Assembly (NCBI GenBank): GCA_031257795.1
Contig: JAIRNW010000055.1
Span: forward strand, 1-41,363
Reading direction: 5' to 3'
DNA: 41,363 nucleotides
Source: Holosporales bacterium
GTDB taxonomy: Bacteria; Pseudomonadota; Alphaproteobacteria; BNTO01
A program made the position numbers and the translations under genes. Below, in pieces: positions 16,983-26,880 of the stretch. Numbering within the stretch: position 1 is the first letter of the stretch; each line of letters starts with the position of its first letter. The notes below the pieces were generated by a model. It saw only the letters and a program-made list of their open reading frames with translations, was not told the DNA's origin and did not search any database.

Positions 16983-17157
16983 AACCCGTTGACATAATGA
17001 TTTAATTTGTGGATTTTGCAGGAGACACGGAGCACAGAAGCGGAACGTACTTAGATGTACGTGAGCATTCAAGCACCGGATCGACGTACCCAAAAACTGA
17101 TTTTGAAGAGTTTGGAAAGAGGTCCAATTTAAATCTTATGTCAACGGGTTCTAAGAA
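16980..17157. repeat. composite element: E termini enclosing a half family-A copy
   Basis: tagaacccgttgacataatgatttaatttg ... caatttaaatcttatgtcaacgggttcta inverted termini. The interior equals the right half of family A in inverted orientation. Confidence 0.85.
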
Positions 17158-17175
17158 CTAAATGGCCCTGGCGAG

Positions 17176-17297
17176 TACTCAGCCACAAAAAGAATTGTGA
17201 GCAAGAGTCTCGAAGCGCAGGCGCCGAGCTGTACTTAACGTACTGCTCAAGCTGAGCACCGAAGCGACGAACTCACAAACTTTTTGTGGCTGAGTAT
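17176..17297. repeat. family-B palindromic element (full copy)
   Basis: Termini tactcagccacaaaaag ... ctttttgtggctgagtat, with a central gtacttaacgtac palindrome. Confidence 0.9.
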
Positions 17298-17315
17298 TCA
17301 CGCCGAAACGGGCTC

Positions 17316-17783
17316 TTACAAGTGTACTCTATGGTCATCCTGTACGGTAACATCTAGGTTTTGCATGGTGCCCCAGTTGTTTTTTACCTCTGGCTGGATC
17401 GTGATCCTCCCTCCCCTTATTGTAAAATTACCATCAATAACAGAAAAGCGATTTAAGGAAAGTTTGCGCCAGTGCTTCCTGCAAAAGAACCAACTAAAAA
17501 GCGCAGACGTGCATATTGATGCAAGTATTATCACTGCTGGATAAACAATGTTCGGATTATATTCGCTTATTGAAGAAACGAGTTTTGGATATAATGTCTC
17601 CTTCGCGTAGCTTACAGCTACACCGCCTTTTTCAATTATGCTTTCTGTTATAGGTGACCTTCTTACAATATCAACAAAGCCCTGCACAGAAGTCCCAAGA
17701 TTATCCCAACTAAACGACGACGCATTGCTTGCCCAACAAACCAGCGTAATGGAACAAAACACCGCTACCTTAATACTTTTCAT
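17316..17783 (-). CDS. hypothetical membrane protein (signal peptide plus one TM helix)
   Basis: MKSIKVAVFCSITLVCWASNA signal-like N-terminus and an internal helix VYPAVIILASICTSALFSWFF. No family recognised. Confidence 0.5.
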   Translation of the reverse strand: MKSIKVAVFCSITLVCWASNASSFSWDNLGTSVQGFVDIVRRSPITESIIEKGGVAVSYAKETLYPKLVSSISEYNPNIVYPAVIILASICTSALFSWFFCRKHWRKLSLNRFSVIDGNFTIRGGRITIQPEVKNNWGTMQNLDVTVQDDHRVHL

Positions 17784-17816
17784 AGTCCCCCTCTCTAAAA
17801 AAACAACAGGCTTGGT

Positions 17817-18662
17817 TTACTCGGCGACTTGTACCTCAGTCTTAAAGCTCAAAAACTCTGCAATTTTGGCAACCAAACTTTCCAAAGCCTCCACCCTCGT
17901 AACTATGTCGTCAGAGTAAATATTCGTGTTTTCCAGAGCTTCGTTGAACTCCTCCTCCGCTCTCCTTAAAGACACCTCAAACTCCGTAATCGCCGTGTGC
18001 ACTTCATGGAAAAGCGAAATAACGCTATTCCTTTTACTCGAGCTGCGAATACTTCTTATAGTGTGCCCAACTTCATTATCATCGTTCTCTATGTCGAAAA
18101 GACTGCGTATCCACAATGTTTTAGAAATGAGACTCCCGTTTTTCCCTTCCGAATCGCTAATCGCCTTCAGTGCCGTCTTTATATCGGTGGCATTCCCGAA
18201 GACGCTGATGAAGTGCAGTAATGACACATCGTCGCTGATCGCCTTCAGGAGATTAGACGGCTCTGCTCCTTCTGAAAAATTAGCAGTGCACCATTTGTGT
18301 ACCCCTTGCATTTCTTCGTCTTCAGTGTTTTGCGCCAAGAAGGCTTGCAAGTCATCTAGCGTCTCTGATACATGCTTATTAGCCGTTAAACACTGCAACG
18401 CTGGACTTTCTTCTCGAGGCCGTAGGGCTCTGTTCCCAAGGATAGCTCGTATAATCACCAAATGTTGTAGAGATGCGGAGTCTCCATAATTTTTGCGCAT
18501 CCCATCTCTCAGCAGATCTCCTATGTTTCCCGCTAATACTGCCTCACCACCAACAGGCGAATAGCAGTGGCAACCACAACACAACTGCCCCACGGCAACA
18601 GTGAGCATTGATAATTTCACTAACGAAAACGTTTTCCGCACATATAGCATTTCTTCCCCCAT
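17817..18662 (-). CDS. hypothetical secreted protein or lipoprotein
   Basis: Hydrophobic N-terminus LVKLSMLTVAVGQLCCGCHC, followed by a helical acidic protein. No family recognised. Confidence 0.5.
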   Translation of the reverse strand: MGEEMLYVRKTFSLVKLSMLTVAVGQLCCGCHCYSPVGGEAVLAGNIGDLLRDGMRKNYGDSASLQHLVIIRAILGNRALRPREESPALQCLTANKHVSETLDDLQAFLAQNTEDEEMQGVHKWCTANFSEGAEPSNLLKAISDDVSLLHFISVFGNATDIKTALKAISDSEGKNGSLISKTLWIRSLFDIENDDNEVGHTIRSIRSSSKRNSVISLFHEVHTAITEFEVSLRRAEEEFNEALENTNIYSDDIVTRVEALESLVAKIAEFLSFKTEVQVAE

Positions 18663-18792
18663 CCAATAGTCAAAAGTTACTGATTCCTAATACATTGAAT
18701 TCTTCCATAAGAATATTAATTAACTATTAATTTTGAGGTTTCTTTGTGCTGATGCGCTGAGTTGTAGAGAGAGCTGATGGAATCCACAGTCA

Positions 18793-18940
18793 TCGGACCT
18801 CTTTCGAAACCTTCAAAATCAGTTTTTGGGTACGTCGATCCGGTGCTCGAATGCTCACGTACTAATAAGTACGCTCCACTTCTGTGCTCCGTGTCTCCTT
18901 CCCAAAATTCTGATTTTGAAGGTTTCGAAAGAGGTCCATT
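18793..18940 (+). repeat. family-A palindromic element, full copy
   Basis: Near-identical to 30812..30960 and 579..723. Confidence 0.9.
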
Positions 18941-18947
18941 GAGTATT

Positions 18948-19062
18948 TCCCAGTAGGAACGGAGCGCCGAAGTGCAGCGTACTTATTAGTACGTGAGCAT
19001 TCGAGCACCGGATTGGGCGAAGAAAAGACCAATTTAAATCATTATGTCAACAGGTTCTTAGT
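18948..19062. repeat. composite element (B-like left terminus, shared core, E right terminus)
   Basis: tcccagtaggaacgg ... gtacttattagtacgtgagcattcgagcaccgg ... aatttaaatcattatgtcaacaggttctta. It ends 1 nt from the dnaK stop codon. Confidence 0.8.
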
Positions 19063-19063
19063 C

Positions 19064-20962
19064 TCATTCTCTATTTGGAGTCTCCCCCTCAACCACTCTC
19101 TCATCGCCGCCCGCTCCACCGGCCGCCGCCTCTTCTGCTCCAGGGACACCGCTTGTCTGAGCCGCCTTATACATAGCTTCCCCAATTTTCATAGAAGAAT
19201 TAGACAGAGCCTTAAGCCTCTCCTCAATCAAGATCCGCTCGTCTCCCTGCAGAGCCTGTTTGAGCGCCTCAATATCAGCCTCAATCTTCGCTTTATCATC
19301 AGCTCCGATCTTCTCGCCATGCTCCGCTAACGACTTTTCCGTGCTCGCGATCAAGGCATCCGCGCGGTTTCTCGTTTCAATGAACTCCTTCTTTTCCTTA
19401 TCGCTTGCCGCATTAAGCTCAGCATCTTTAACCATTTGCTTGATCTCTTCATCCGAAAGCCCGCCTGACGACTGTATACTTACTCTCTGCTCTTTCCCGG
19501 TCGCCTTATCTTTCGCAGAGACCTGCACAATTCCGTTGGAATCTATATCAAAGCTGACCTCTATCTGTGGAACCCCGCGCGGGGCCGGCAAAATGCCCTC
19601 CAAATTAAACTGCCCCAACAACTTATTTTGCGCCGCGATCTCGCGCTCTCCCTGGAACACACTGATTGTGACCGCCGTTTGGTTGTCCGCCGCGGTTGAG
19701 AAGACCTGGCTCTTGTGCGTTGGGATCGTGGTGTTGCGATCTATAAGGCGCGTGAAAATTCCGCCCAGCGTCTCGATCCCGAGCGAAAGCGGCGTCACGT
19801 CGAGCAACAAAACATCCTTAACGTCCCCTTTGAGGACCGCCCCTTGTATCGCCGCACCAATCGCCACAACCTCATCCGGATTCACCCCTCTATGAGGATC
19901 CTTGCCAAAGAAATCGCGCACAGTCTCCAGCACCTTAGGCATGCGCGTCATCCCGCCAACCATGATCACTTCTGTTATGTCTCCCTTGGAAACCCCCGCA
20001 TCGCTCAGTGCCTTCCTGCATGGCTCCACCGTTTTCTGGATCAAATCCTCAACCAGGGACTCCAACTTCGCTCGCGTTAGTGTCATCTGGAGGTGTTTTG
20101 GGCCAGACGCATTCGCCGTAATAAACGGCAGATTAATCTCAGTTTGCAAAGAAGAGGACAGCTCGATCTTCGCCTTTTCTGCCGCCTCCTTTAGGCGCTG
20201 CAAAGCCATCTGGTCTGTGCGCAAGTCTATCTGGTTCTCCTTTTTGAAGGTATCCGCAATGTAGTCCATGATGCGATTATCGAAGTCCTCCCCGCCGAGG
20301 AACGTGTCCCCATTAGTGGCCTTCACCTCAAACACACCATCAGAGATCTCCAAGACCGACACGTCAAACGTTCCGCCGCCAAGGTCATACACGATAATCG
20401 TTCCGCCGTTTTTCTTTTCGAGGCCGTATGCGAGGGCCGCGGCGGTTGGCTCGTTTATGATGCGCAGCACGTTCAGGCCGGCAATCTTCCCTGCATCCTT
20501 TGTTGCCTGGCGCTGGGAGTCATTGAAGTATGCGGGAACGGTGATGACGGCGTCGGTTACCTTTTCTCCCAAGTGCGCCTCGGCCGTTTCTTTCATCTTT
20601 TGCAAAATAAAGGCGCTAATCTGGCTTGGGCTATACTCGGTTCCTCTGACGTTTACCCACGCATCCCCGGATTTATTTGCGCAAATTTTGTACGGAACAA
20701 GCTCGATATCCCGCTGCGTCATCGGGTCGTCGAATCGGCGCCCTATAAGCCTTTTGATGGCGAAAAGGGTCCCGGTGGGGTTGGTGATGGCCTGGCGTTT
20801 GGCCGGGCTTCCGACGATTTTTTCTCCGGAACTGGTGAAAGCCACAACCGACGGGGTTGTCCTCATTCCTTCGGAATTCTCCAAGACTTTGCCGGAGCCT
20901 CCTTCCATAATGGAAACGCACGAATTCGTGGTTCCCAAGTCTATTCCTATAACTTTTGACAT
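19064..20962 (-). CDS. dnaK: molecular chaperone DnaK (Hsp70)
   Basis: [16 protein letters not shown] start at 20962, preceded by an aaggagg SD. Full Hsp70 length. The ORF-track extension to 21067 is not supported. No grpE or dnaJ adjacent. Confidence 0.97.
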   Translation of the reverse strand: MSKVIGIDLGTTNSCVSIMEGGSGKVLENSEGMRTTPSVVAFTSSGEKIVGSPAKRQAITNPTGTLFAIKRLIGRRFDDPMTQRDIELVPYKICANKSGDAWVNVRGTEYSPSQISAFILQKMKETAEAHLGEKVTDAVITVPAYFNDSQRQATKDAGKIAGLNVLRIINEPTAAALAYGLEKKNGGTIIVYDLGGGTFDVSVLEISDGVFEVKATNGDTFLGGEDFDNRIMDYIADTFKKENQIDLRTDQMALQRLKEAAEKAKIELSSSLQTEINLPFITANASGPKHLQMTLTRAKLESLVEDLIQKTVEPCRKALSDAGVSKGDITEVIMVGGMTRMPKVLETVRDFFGKDPHRGVNPDEVVAIGAAIQGAVLKGDVKDVLLLDVTPLSLGIETLGGIFTRLIDRNTTIPTHKSQVFSTAADNQTAVTISVFQGEREIAAQNKLLGQFNLEGILPAPRGVPQIEVSFDIDSNGIVQVSAKDKATGKEQRVSIQSSGGLSDEEIKQMVKDAELNAASDKEKKEFIETRNRADALIASTEKSLAEHGEKIGADDKAKIEADIEALKQALQGDERILIEERLKALSNSSMKIGEAMYKAAQTSGVPGAEEAAAGGAGGDERVVEGETPNRE

Positions 20963-21270
20963 GATCTCCTCCTTTACTAAAATCTCAAGAGTGGTGGTAG
21001 CCCGACTCTGAATCCCGAGTGAATAATTTCTCAGTGATCTTGCGAGGTTTTTCTCGTTAGCAGCCACCTCTCCACAGTGCTAATAGTAACGCCGATTCTA
21101 GTTGAACGCAATAGGAGATTTTATTTCACGGTATTTTCAGCGAATGTGCCGAGTCACCGGAAATCATATGAAAATTGCGCCGTTATTTTCCAATCATTCA
21201 TGCCGAAAAGTGGTTCAGGAACAACGACCCATTTCCCAGAGCTCGTTGCCTCCTGGCCTAATCACCACCT

Positions 21271-21447
21271 GTGAGCATTCGAGCAACAACGGGCTCCCGG
21301 CAAAGTCGTAGACTTTGTTGGGGCTCTGTTCGACGAACTCGCAATCTTTTGATTACTGGGGATACTATGATTTATTTCTACGTCGGGTCCCTGCCAAAAC
21401 CCTGGAGTATAGAAGAACTCGCAAACTTTCGAGGGCTGAGTTATACT
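21271..21447. repeat. repeat fragments (core plus C module plus solo B terminus) upstream of dnaE
   Basis: gtgagcattcgagcaac core. ggctcccggcaaagtcgtagactttgttgggg is the reverse of the C module. gaactcgcaaactttcgagggctgagtta resembles a B terminus. Confidence 0.7.
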
Positions 21448-21483
21448 CGCCGCAAGTCCGCCAGCAACACAGGCCGTTTCGCC

Positions 21484-24400
21484 ATGGCTACACCCAGCTT
21501 TGTCCACCTCAGAGTACACAGCGCCTATTCTCTTTCTCACGGCGCCATTAAAGTGTCTCACATCCCAGACTTGTGCTTGGCGAACTCCATGCCGGCCGTT
21601 GCGATCACGGACATAAACAATCTTTTTGGCGTGATGGACATAGCTAAAACCCTGAGCAGCAAGGGCATTCAACACATCGTGGGCTCTCAGATCACGCTAA
21701 ACATTCAGGATTCCGTCTCCTCATTTTCCGCCACAATAGTGCTGTTGGCCAAAAGCCTCGTCGGCTACAAAAACCTCATAAAATTGTCCACCGCCTCATA
21801 CCAGCACAAAAACTTGCAGTCAGAAGGCCCAGCGATAACTATGGACCACCTTGAGCAATATCACGACGACCTCATCTGCCTAACCGGCGGAGATACGGGG
21901 CCGCTCGCTCATTTTTTGCTGCAGAAAAACCACGCCGCGGCAGAAGCTCTATTATCAAAGCTATTACTTTTATTCAAAGATAATTTATACATCGAGATTA
22001 TGCGGCACGGCCTGCCTCCCCAAATAACCCTCGAGCCGCAATTTCTGGATCTCGCCGCGAAACACGGCGTTCCCATCGTTGCAACCAACGACGTATATTT
22101 CGAGGACAGAACGATGTTTGAGGCGCACGATGTCCTGCTTTGTATAGCAAACGCGCACTATCTCAGCGAAACAAACAGAGAGCAATCGATCCCCGACAAA
22201 TACTTCAAGTCACAAGAAGAGATGCAGGCGTTGTTCGCCGACCTCCCAGAAGCCCTAGAAAACACCGTCAACATCGCCAAGCGCTGCCATTTCATCCTGC
22301 AAGAGCGTGCCCCAATTTTGCCGAAGTTTACGTCTGAGTCTGGTTTGTCCGAACCGGAAGAGCTGCGCTTACAATCCGCAAAAGGCCTGCAGCACCGTCT
22401 TGAAACACGCGTGTTCCCTGATATTTTGCGCTCTAGGGCAAAAAACGGCCAAACCGCGGATTTAACGGAAGAAGAGCGCGCCGCAATCGTTGATAAATAC
22501 ACAGCCCGCCTCGAAAATGAATTAGGAGTCATCGAGAAAATGGGCTTTCCAGGGTATTTTCTGATCGTTTCAGATTTTATCAAATACGCCAAAAGCCAAA
22601 ATATTCCGGTTGGCCCAGGGCGCGGGTCTGGGGCAGGCTCCATTGTGGCCTGGGCGCTGACGATCACGGACATTGATCCGATCAAATTCTCGCTCATTTT
22701 TGAAAGGTTCTTGAACCCGGAACGGGTTTCCATGCCAGACTTCGACGTCGATTTCTGCCAGACTCGACGCGCAGAAGTGATCGATTACGTGCGCCGACGT
22801 TACGGAGACGACAAAATCGCGCAGATTATCACATTCGGAAAACTTCAGGCCCGTGCGGTTTTGCGCGACGTTGGGCGGGTGCTGGCGATTCCGTACGGGC
22901 AGGTCGACAAGGTCTGCCGCCTGGTGCCAAACAACCCGTCGGCTCCGGTTACTTTGAGCGAGGCCGTGAAAAAGGATGAAACCTTTGAGGCTATGATGAA
23001 AGAGGACCCGGCGATAGAGAAGCTGATCAATATTGGCTTGAAGCTTGAGGGGCTCTATCGGCACGCCTCCGTTCATGCGGCTGGGGTTGTGATCGGAGAT
23101 CAGGTTTTGGCTGATGTGGTGCCTCTATACTACGACGGCGAGTCCCCAATCGCGATCACGCAAATAAATATGAAATATATAGAAAACGCGGGCCTACTAA
23201 AATTTGATTTCTTGGGGTTGAAAACATTATCTGTAATACAGATGTGCGTCGATTTGCTGAAGAAGCAGAATATCGACGTCGACATAAGCTTAATTCCCCT
23301 GGACGACCCTAAAACCTTTGAATTGCTGTGCAATACGAATGTTTTGGGGGTGTTTCAGCTGGAAAGCGGCGGGATGAGGGAGGTTGTGAAGAAATTGCGG
23401 CCGGATAGGTTCGAGGACCTCATCGCCCTTGTCGCCTTGTACAGACCAGGCCCAATGAACGACATCCCAAAATACCTCGCCAGAAAGCACGGCCGCGAGG
23501 AGGTCGCGTATCCGCACTCCAGCATTCAAAGCATCTTGGAAAGCACGTATGGGGTGATGGTCTACCAAGAGCAGGTGATGCAGATTGCCCAGGTAATGGG
23601 GGGGGATACGCTCGGAGGGGCCGATCTTTTGCGGCGCGCGATGGGAAAGAAAATCAAGGCCGAAATGGACGCCCAGCGGAAAAATTTCGTTGATGGCGCG
23701 ATAAAAAACGGGGTGGCCGAGGAAACAGCATCTGATGTGTTCAGCTTGATGGCCAAATTCGCGTCATATGGCTTCAATAAAAGCCACTCCGCCCCATATG
23801 CCCTGATCTCGTACCAAACGGCATTTTTAAAGGCGAATTTCCCTGTGGAGTTCTTCGCGGCCACGGCTTCGTTTGCGAAAGGAGACACAGACGGACTGAT
23901 CGCGCTTTTTCAGGATCTGCGCGAAAATGGGCTGGAACTTTTGCCTCCCGATATCAACAAATCTTTCGTGGACTTTGTTCCAGAGGGGAAGGGCGTACGG
24001 TATGCTTTGTCCGCGATAAAAAATGTTGGCGAAAAGGCGATGGAGGGATTGGTTCAGGAGCGAGCGAAAAACGGGGTGTTCTCGTCGTTGGAGGATTTTG
24101 CGGCTCGCCTCGGTGACATAATAAACAAGCGCCAGCTCGAAAACTTGATTGCCTCTGGGGCGCTGGACGCCTTTGGGCACACTAGGAAGCAATTGTTTAA
24201 CTCTGCGGATCTCATAGTAAAGTACGCGAACATGTACAAGCAAGAGAAGGCCAAAGCGGCGCGCTCTTTGTTCGGGGACGAGGCGGCCGCGGCTAATGAG
24301 CCGTTGAGGCTGAGGATATCTGGTGATGCGGGCGAAGGAGGGGAGCCTGGTGGGAAAAACAATACAGAGCCAGAGTGGAACCTCCTAGAGAAAACGCAAA

Positions 24401-25077
24401 AAGAGTTTGAGGCGTTGGGATTTTTCTTAAAAGATCATCCGCTTGACGTTTATAGTGACGTGACAAGCATGATGAATCTGCACGACAGCTCTTCGTTTGC
24501 CAGGTTAGCCCAAATCTCTGAAAACGGGGTTACTGTTCGATTTGCCGCTATTATTTTGTCAAAAGAGGAGCGCACTTCCCAAAAAAATGGGGGAAAGTAC
24601 GCATTTGTCACGCTATCTGATAAGTTTGGGATTTTTGAGGTCCCTTTCTTTTCGGAGAGCTACGCTAGGATTCGGGATATCGTGGAGCCGGGGCGAGCAG
24701 TGTATGTGGAGGCGCTTGCGCGCCAGAATGGGGATTCATTCCGCCTTACTGGTCAAGCCATGGAAAGACTGGAAGACAATGCGAAAACGGCAGACGAAAA
24801 CAAGATACAGCGCTTAAGTTTGCAGATTCAGCCGGATTGCGGTATTGCGGAGAAGCTTAGTGGCGTTTTGAGTCGATTGGAGAATGGCACTAAGGTGGGC
24901 GGCTCCAGCGAGGAGGTTGTGAACCCTAGTGAAGTGAACGTTTACAATGGCAGTTTAGTCGAATTGATTGTTCCGTACGAACACGTTATTTTGAAAATAT
25001 CGTTCCAAAAATTGTACGAGATCCCAACAAGCGTTAAGGCTGAGATTTTGTCATGGAATGGAGTCCACTATGTTTAG
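21484..25077 (+). CDS. dnaE: DNA polymerase III alpha subunit
   Basis: Starts at the ATG at 21484 (MATPSFVHLRVHSAYSL, PHP domain). Polymerase core motifs follow (GPGRGSGAGS, PDFDVDF, beta-binding and OB regions). The ORF-track N-terminal 71 aa read through repeats. Confidence 0.97.
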   Translation: MATPSFVHLRVHSAYSLSHGAIKVSHIPDLCLANSMPAVAITDINNLFGVMDIAKTLSSKGIQHIVGSQITLNIQDSVSSFSATIVLLAKSLVGYKNLIKLSTASYQHKNLQSEGPAITMDHLEQYHDDLICLTGGDTGPLAHFLLQKNHAAAEALLSKLLLLFKDNLYIEIMRHGLPPQITLEPQFLDLAAKHGVPIVATNDVYFEDRTMFEAHDVLLCIANAHYLSETNREQSIPDKYFKSQEEMQALFADLPEALENTVNIAKRCHFILQERAPILPKFTSESGLSEPEELRLQSAKGLQHRLETRVFPDILRSRAKNGQTADLTEEERAAIVDKYTARLENELGVIEKMGFPGYFLIVSDFIKYAKSQNIPVGPGRGSGAGSIVAWALTITDIDPIKFSLIFERFLNPERVSMPDFDVDFCQTRRAEVIDYVRRRYGDDKIAQIITFGKLQARAVLRDVGRVLAIPYGQVDKVCRLVPNNPSAPVTLSEAVKKDETFEAMMKEDPAIEKLINIGLKLEGLYRHASVHAAGVVIGDQVLADVVPLYYDGESPIAITQINMKYIENAGLLKFDFLGLKTLSVIQMCVDLLKKQNIDVDISLIPLDDPKTFELLCNTNVLGVFQLESGGMREVVKKLRPDRFEDLIALVALYRPGPMNDIPKYLARKHGREEVAYPHSSIQSILESTYGVMVYQEQVMQIAQVMGGDTLGGADLLRRAMGKKIKAEMDAQRKNFVDGAIKNGVAEETASDVFSLMAKFASYGFNKSHSAPYALISYQTAFLKANFPVEFFAATASFAKGDTDGLIALFQDLRENGLELLPPDINKSFVDFVPEGKGVRYALSAIKNVGEKAMEGLVQERAKNGVFSSLEDFAARLGDIINKRQLENLIASGALDAFGHTRKQLFNSADLIVKYANMYKQEKAKAARSLFGDEAAAANEPLRLRISGDAGEGGEPGGKNNTEPEWNLLEKTQKEFEALGFFLKDHPLDVYSDVTSMMNLHDSSSFARLAQISENGVTVRFAAIILSKEERTSQKNGGKYAFVTLSDKFGIFEVPFFSESYARIRDIVEPGRAVYVEALARQNGDSFRLTGQAMERLEDNAKTADENKIQRLSLQIQPDCGIAEKLSGVLSRLENGTKVGGSSEEVVNPSEVNVYNGSLVELIVPYEHVILKISFQKLYEIPTSVKAEILSWNGVHYV

Positions 25078-25097
25078 AAAGCGGAGAAAATAAAATA

Positions 25098-25484
25098 ATG
25101 GGAATGCCAGCTATCCTTTCGGGATTGTGCAAGTGCGTATTCGGAGCTGCTCCAACGCCTTTAATTGTGCCGCCGATCGACTGTGTGGTCGCAAAGAATA
25201 TGCCGATGGCCACGATAATGAACCACATACCGTTCATGAATATCACGCCATTTGGAACGTGCATGAACATAGCAAACCCAATGGTCGCGGCGGCAACGGC
25301 GGCGGCCCTCGGTGTTCTGACGCCGATGCCTTGCATTCCGATAACAACGGGGCCCTGGCTTCCGATCAAACCCACGATTGTTGTTAAAAACAAGCCAGCC
25401 CTAGACAACACGTCTATGCTTATGTGTCAGTGGGGAGGGGTTATACAGGTGTCGTTCCCCGGACTAACAATGTGCACAATGTAA
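25098..25484 (+). CDS. DUF4280 / PAAR-like domain protein
   Basis: 128 aa. The pattern LSGLCKCVFGAAPTPL..., NITPFGTCMNIANPMVAAATAAALGVLTPMPCIPITTGPW, ...ALDNTSMLMCQWGGVIQV matches my recollection of the DUF4280 consensus (C.FG..P, NI.PFG.C....NP.VAAAT.AA.G.L.P.PC.P....W, C..GG.I). The gene starts 21 nt after the dnaE stop. Confidence 0.7.
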   Translation: MGMPAILSGLCKCVFGAAPTPLIVPPIDCVVAKNMPMATIMNHIPFMNITPFGTCMNIANPMVAAATAAALGVLTPMPCIPITTGPWLPIKPTIVVKNKPALDNTSMLMCQWGGVIQVSFPGLTMCTM

Positions 25485-25486
25485 AA

Positions 25487-25598
25487 ACCCAGCCACAAAA
25501 AGAGTTGTGAGCAGGAGCCTCGAAGCGCAGCGTACTTGTGGTACGTTAGCCTTCGAGCAACGGATCGGCGAACTCTCGAACTTTTTGTAGCTGGGTAT
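25487..25598. repeat. family-B palindromic element
   Basis: acccagccacaaaaag ... ctttttgtagctgggtat. It lies between the DUF4280 stop and the permease stop. Confidence 0.9.
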
Positions 25599-25600
25599 AT

Positions 25601-26878
25601 CTAGGTGTTGCTGAAGATTATGCTTGCCAACTCACACGCAACAACCAGCACAGCAAACAGCACGCAGCTAAGCAATATCGGCTTATTGTTGAGAATAGTA
25701 AACTTGAGCGGATCTTTGATTTTTGCGAGAAGGAACGCGGGCAAGAAAATCGCAATGATCGCCAGGATCATCCCAGCGAAACTCAACACTTTGACGAAGG
25801 CGTTAGGCACCCAAATCGCAATCAACAAAGATGGAACAACCGCAATAATCGCTGACCATATGCGTCTAGCCATAACAGCTGAAGCACTTTGGGCGGGTGT
25901 CGTGTCAGCAGAACTGTCTCCCTCCACCGAGGCGCTGCCAACCATCTTCGCCAGTCCTTTCGAGAACTTCCCTTTCCCGCAGAATGCGCCGAGAGACAAA
26001 TCCAAATCGTCCACAAGCGCCAGCCCAACCCCAATAAGCGACGTAACAATCGCCAACACCGAGATCACGAACACAACCGCTTTCACCATTCTGGCATCGG
26101 AAATCGAGCACAGCGCCTGTACCAATTCGTTGACGTCTATCCCTTTAGCCGCCATCCTCGCAAAAAGATCCGGGTGAGTACCAAAAATCAACGCGATGAC
26201 GCCAATAACCCAGCCAGCGTACAGAATCGCCGGCATCAGGCTCCCCCAGAAACAGGCTGTTTTTATCAGCTTTGGGTCGTTGTTGCAAAATTTTGTAACA
26301 GAGTGCAGAGAGCCCTGAAACCCAAAAGACGTGAATAGTGTTGGCAAGATTATGCAAAGCTGCGGGAGTGCGATTGCGTTTGTGTTGTGGGGTAGAGCCG
26401 TAAAGTCGATCTTCAAAACCATGCCGATAACCGCCGCAATAATAACGAGCACTAGAGATATAAAAACCTTGTGATTCAAGCTGATGATCCGGTCCGTCGC
26501 CAACACGAGAAGCACAAAACACCCGAATCCCACAATGATTTTCAGAGTGTTATCGTTTTCCACTAGAACAGAGCTCAAACCATATATGTAGGCCGACAGT
26601 AAGGCGAATTGTAGGAGTCTGAGACTGATTTTCCCGACGTACGCAGCACCTTTGCCGGAAAATCGGAGGCCAACAAGCTCAAGCGTGAAGCGGCTGTCGG
26701 AGTGTAAATTGAGCTCGGTACGCATGAGGGCGGAGATGTACGTCATGAATACGCAGACAAGCATTAGAAGGATGGACGGGATTATTCCAATATGAGCCAG
26801 CACTATCGGCAACGACAGCATTCCGGAGCCAACGGCCGTTCCGGCTAGTATGAAAATGGCTTGCATTTGCTTTTGCAT
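25601..26878 (-). CDS. aromatic amino acid permease (HAAAP family, TyrP/Mtr-like)
   Basis: AGTAVGSGMLSLPIVLAHIG N-terminal signature, about 11 TM helices, 425 aa. Confidence 0.85.
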   Translation of the reverse strand: MQKQMQAIFILAGTAVGSGMLSLPIVLAHIGIIPSILLMLVCVFMTYISALMRTELNLHSDSRFTLELVGLRFSGKGAAYVGKISLRLLQFALLSAYIYGLSSVLVENDNTLKIIVGFGCFVLLVLATDRIISLNHKVFISLVLVIIAAVIGMVLKIDFTALPHNTNAIALPQLCIILPTLFTSFGFQGSLHSVTKFCNNDPKLIKTACFWGSLMPAILYAGWVIGVIALIFGTHPDLFARMAAKGIDVNELVQALCSISDARMVKAVVFVISVLAIVTSLIGVGLALVDDLDLSLGAFCGKGKFSKGLAKMVGSASVEGDSSADTTPAQSASAVMARRIWSAIIAVVPSLLIAIWVPNAFVKVLSFAGMILAIIAIFLPAFLLAKIKDPLKFTILNNKPILLSCVLFAVLVVACELASIIFSNT

Positions 26879-26880
26879 GG

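Noticed and set aside
20963-21110. Heat-shock (sigma-32 type) promoter upstream of dnaK
   Set aside because: I looked for CTTGAAA-N13-17-CCCCATNT-like spacing on the minus strand. Only an isolated cttgag is present, too close to the start codon, so the data are insufficient to call a promoter.
21271-21483. N-terminal 71-aa extension of the dnaE ORF. Analogous extensions occur in dnaK (20963-21067), the MFS transporter (28790-28942) and the ABC-F gene (32711-33235).
   Set aside because: The extensions translate palindromic repeat DNA or overlap the upstream gene. The conserved protein families begin at internal ATGs: 21484, 20962 (with an aaggagg SD), 28789 and 33236.
25034-25411. Minus-strand 125-aa hydrophobic ORF overlapping the DUF4280 gene
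   Set aside because: The plus-strand frame carries the recognisable DUF4280/PAAR-like Cys/Gly/Pro pattern and a plausible ribosome-binding site. The antisense ORF overlaps the dnaE end and has no family features.
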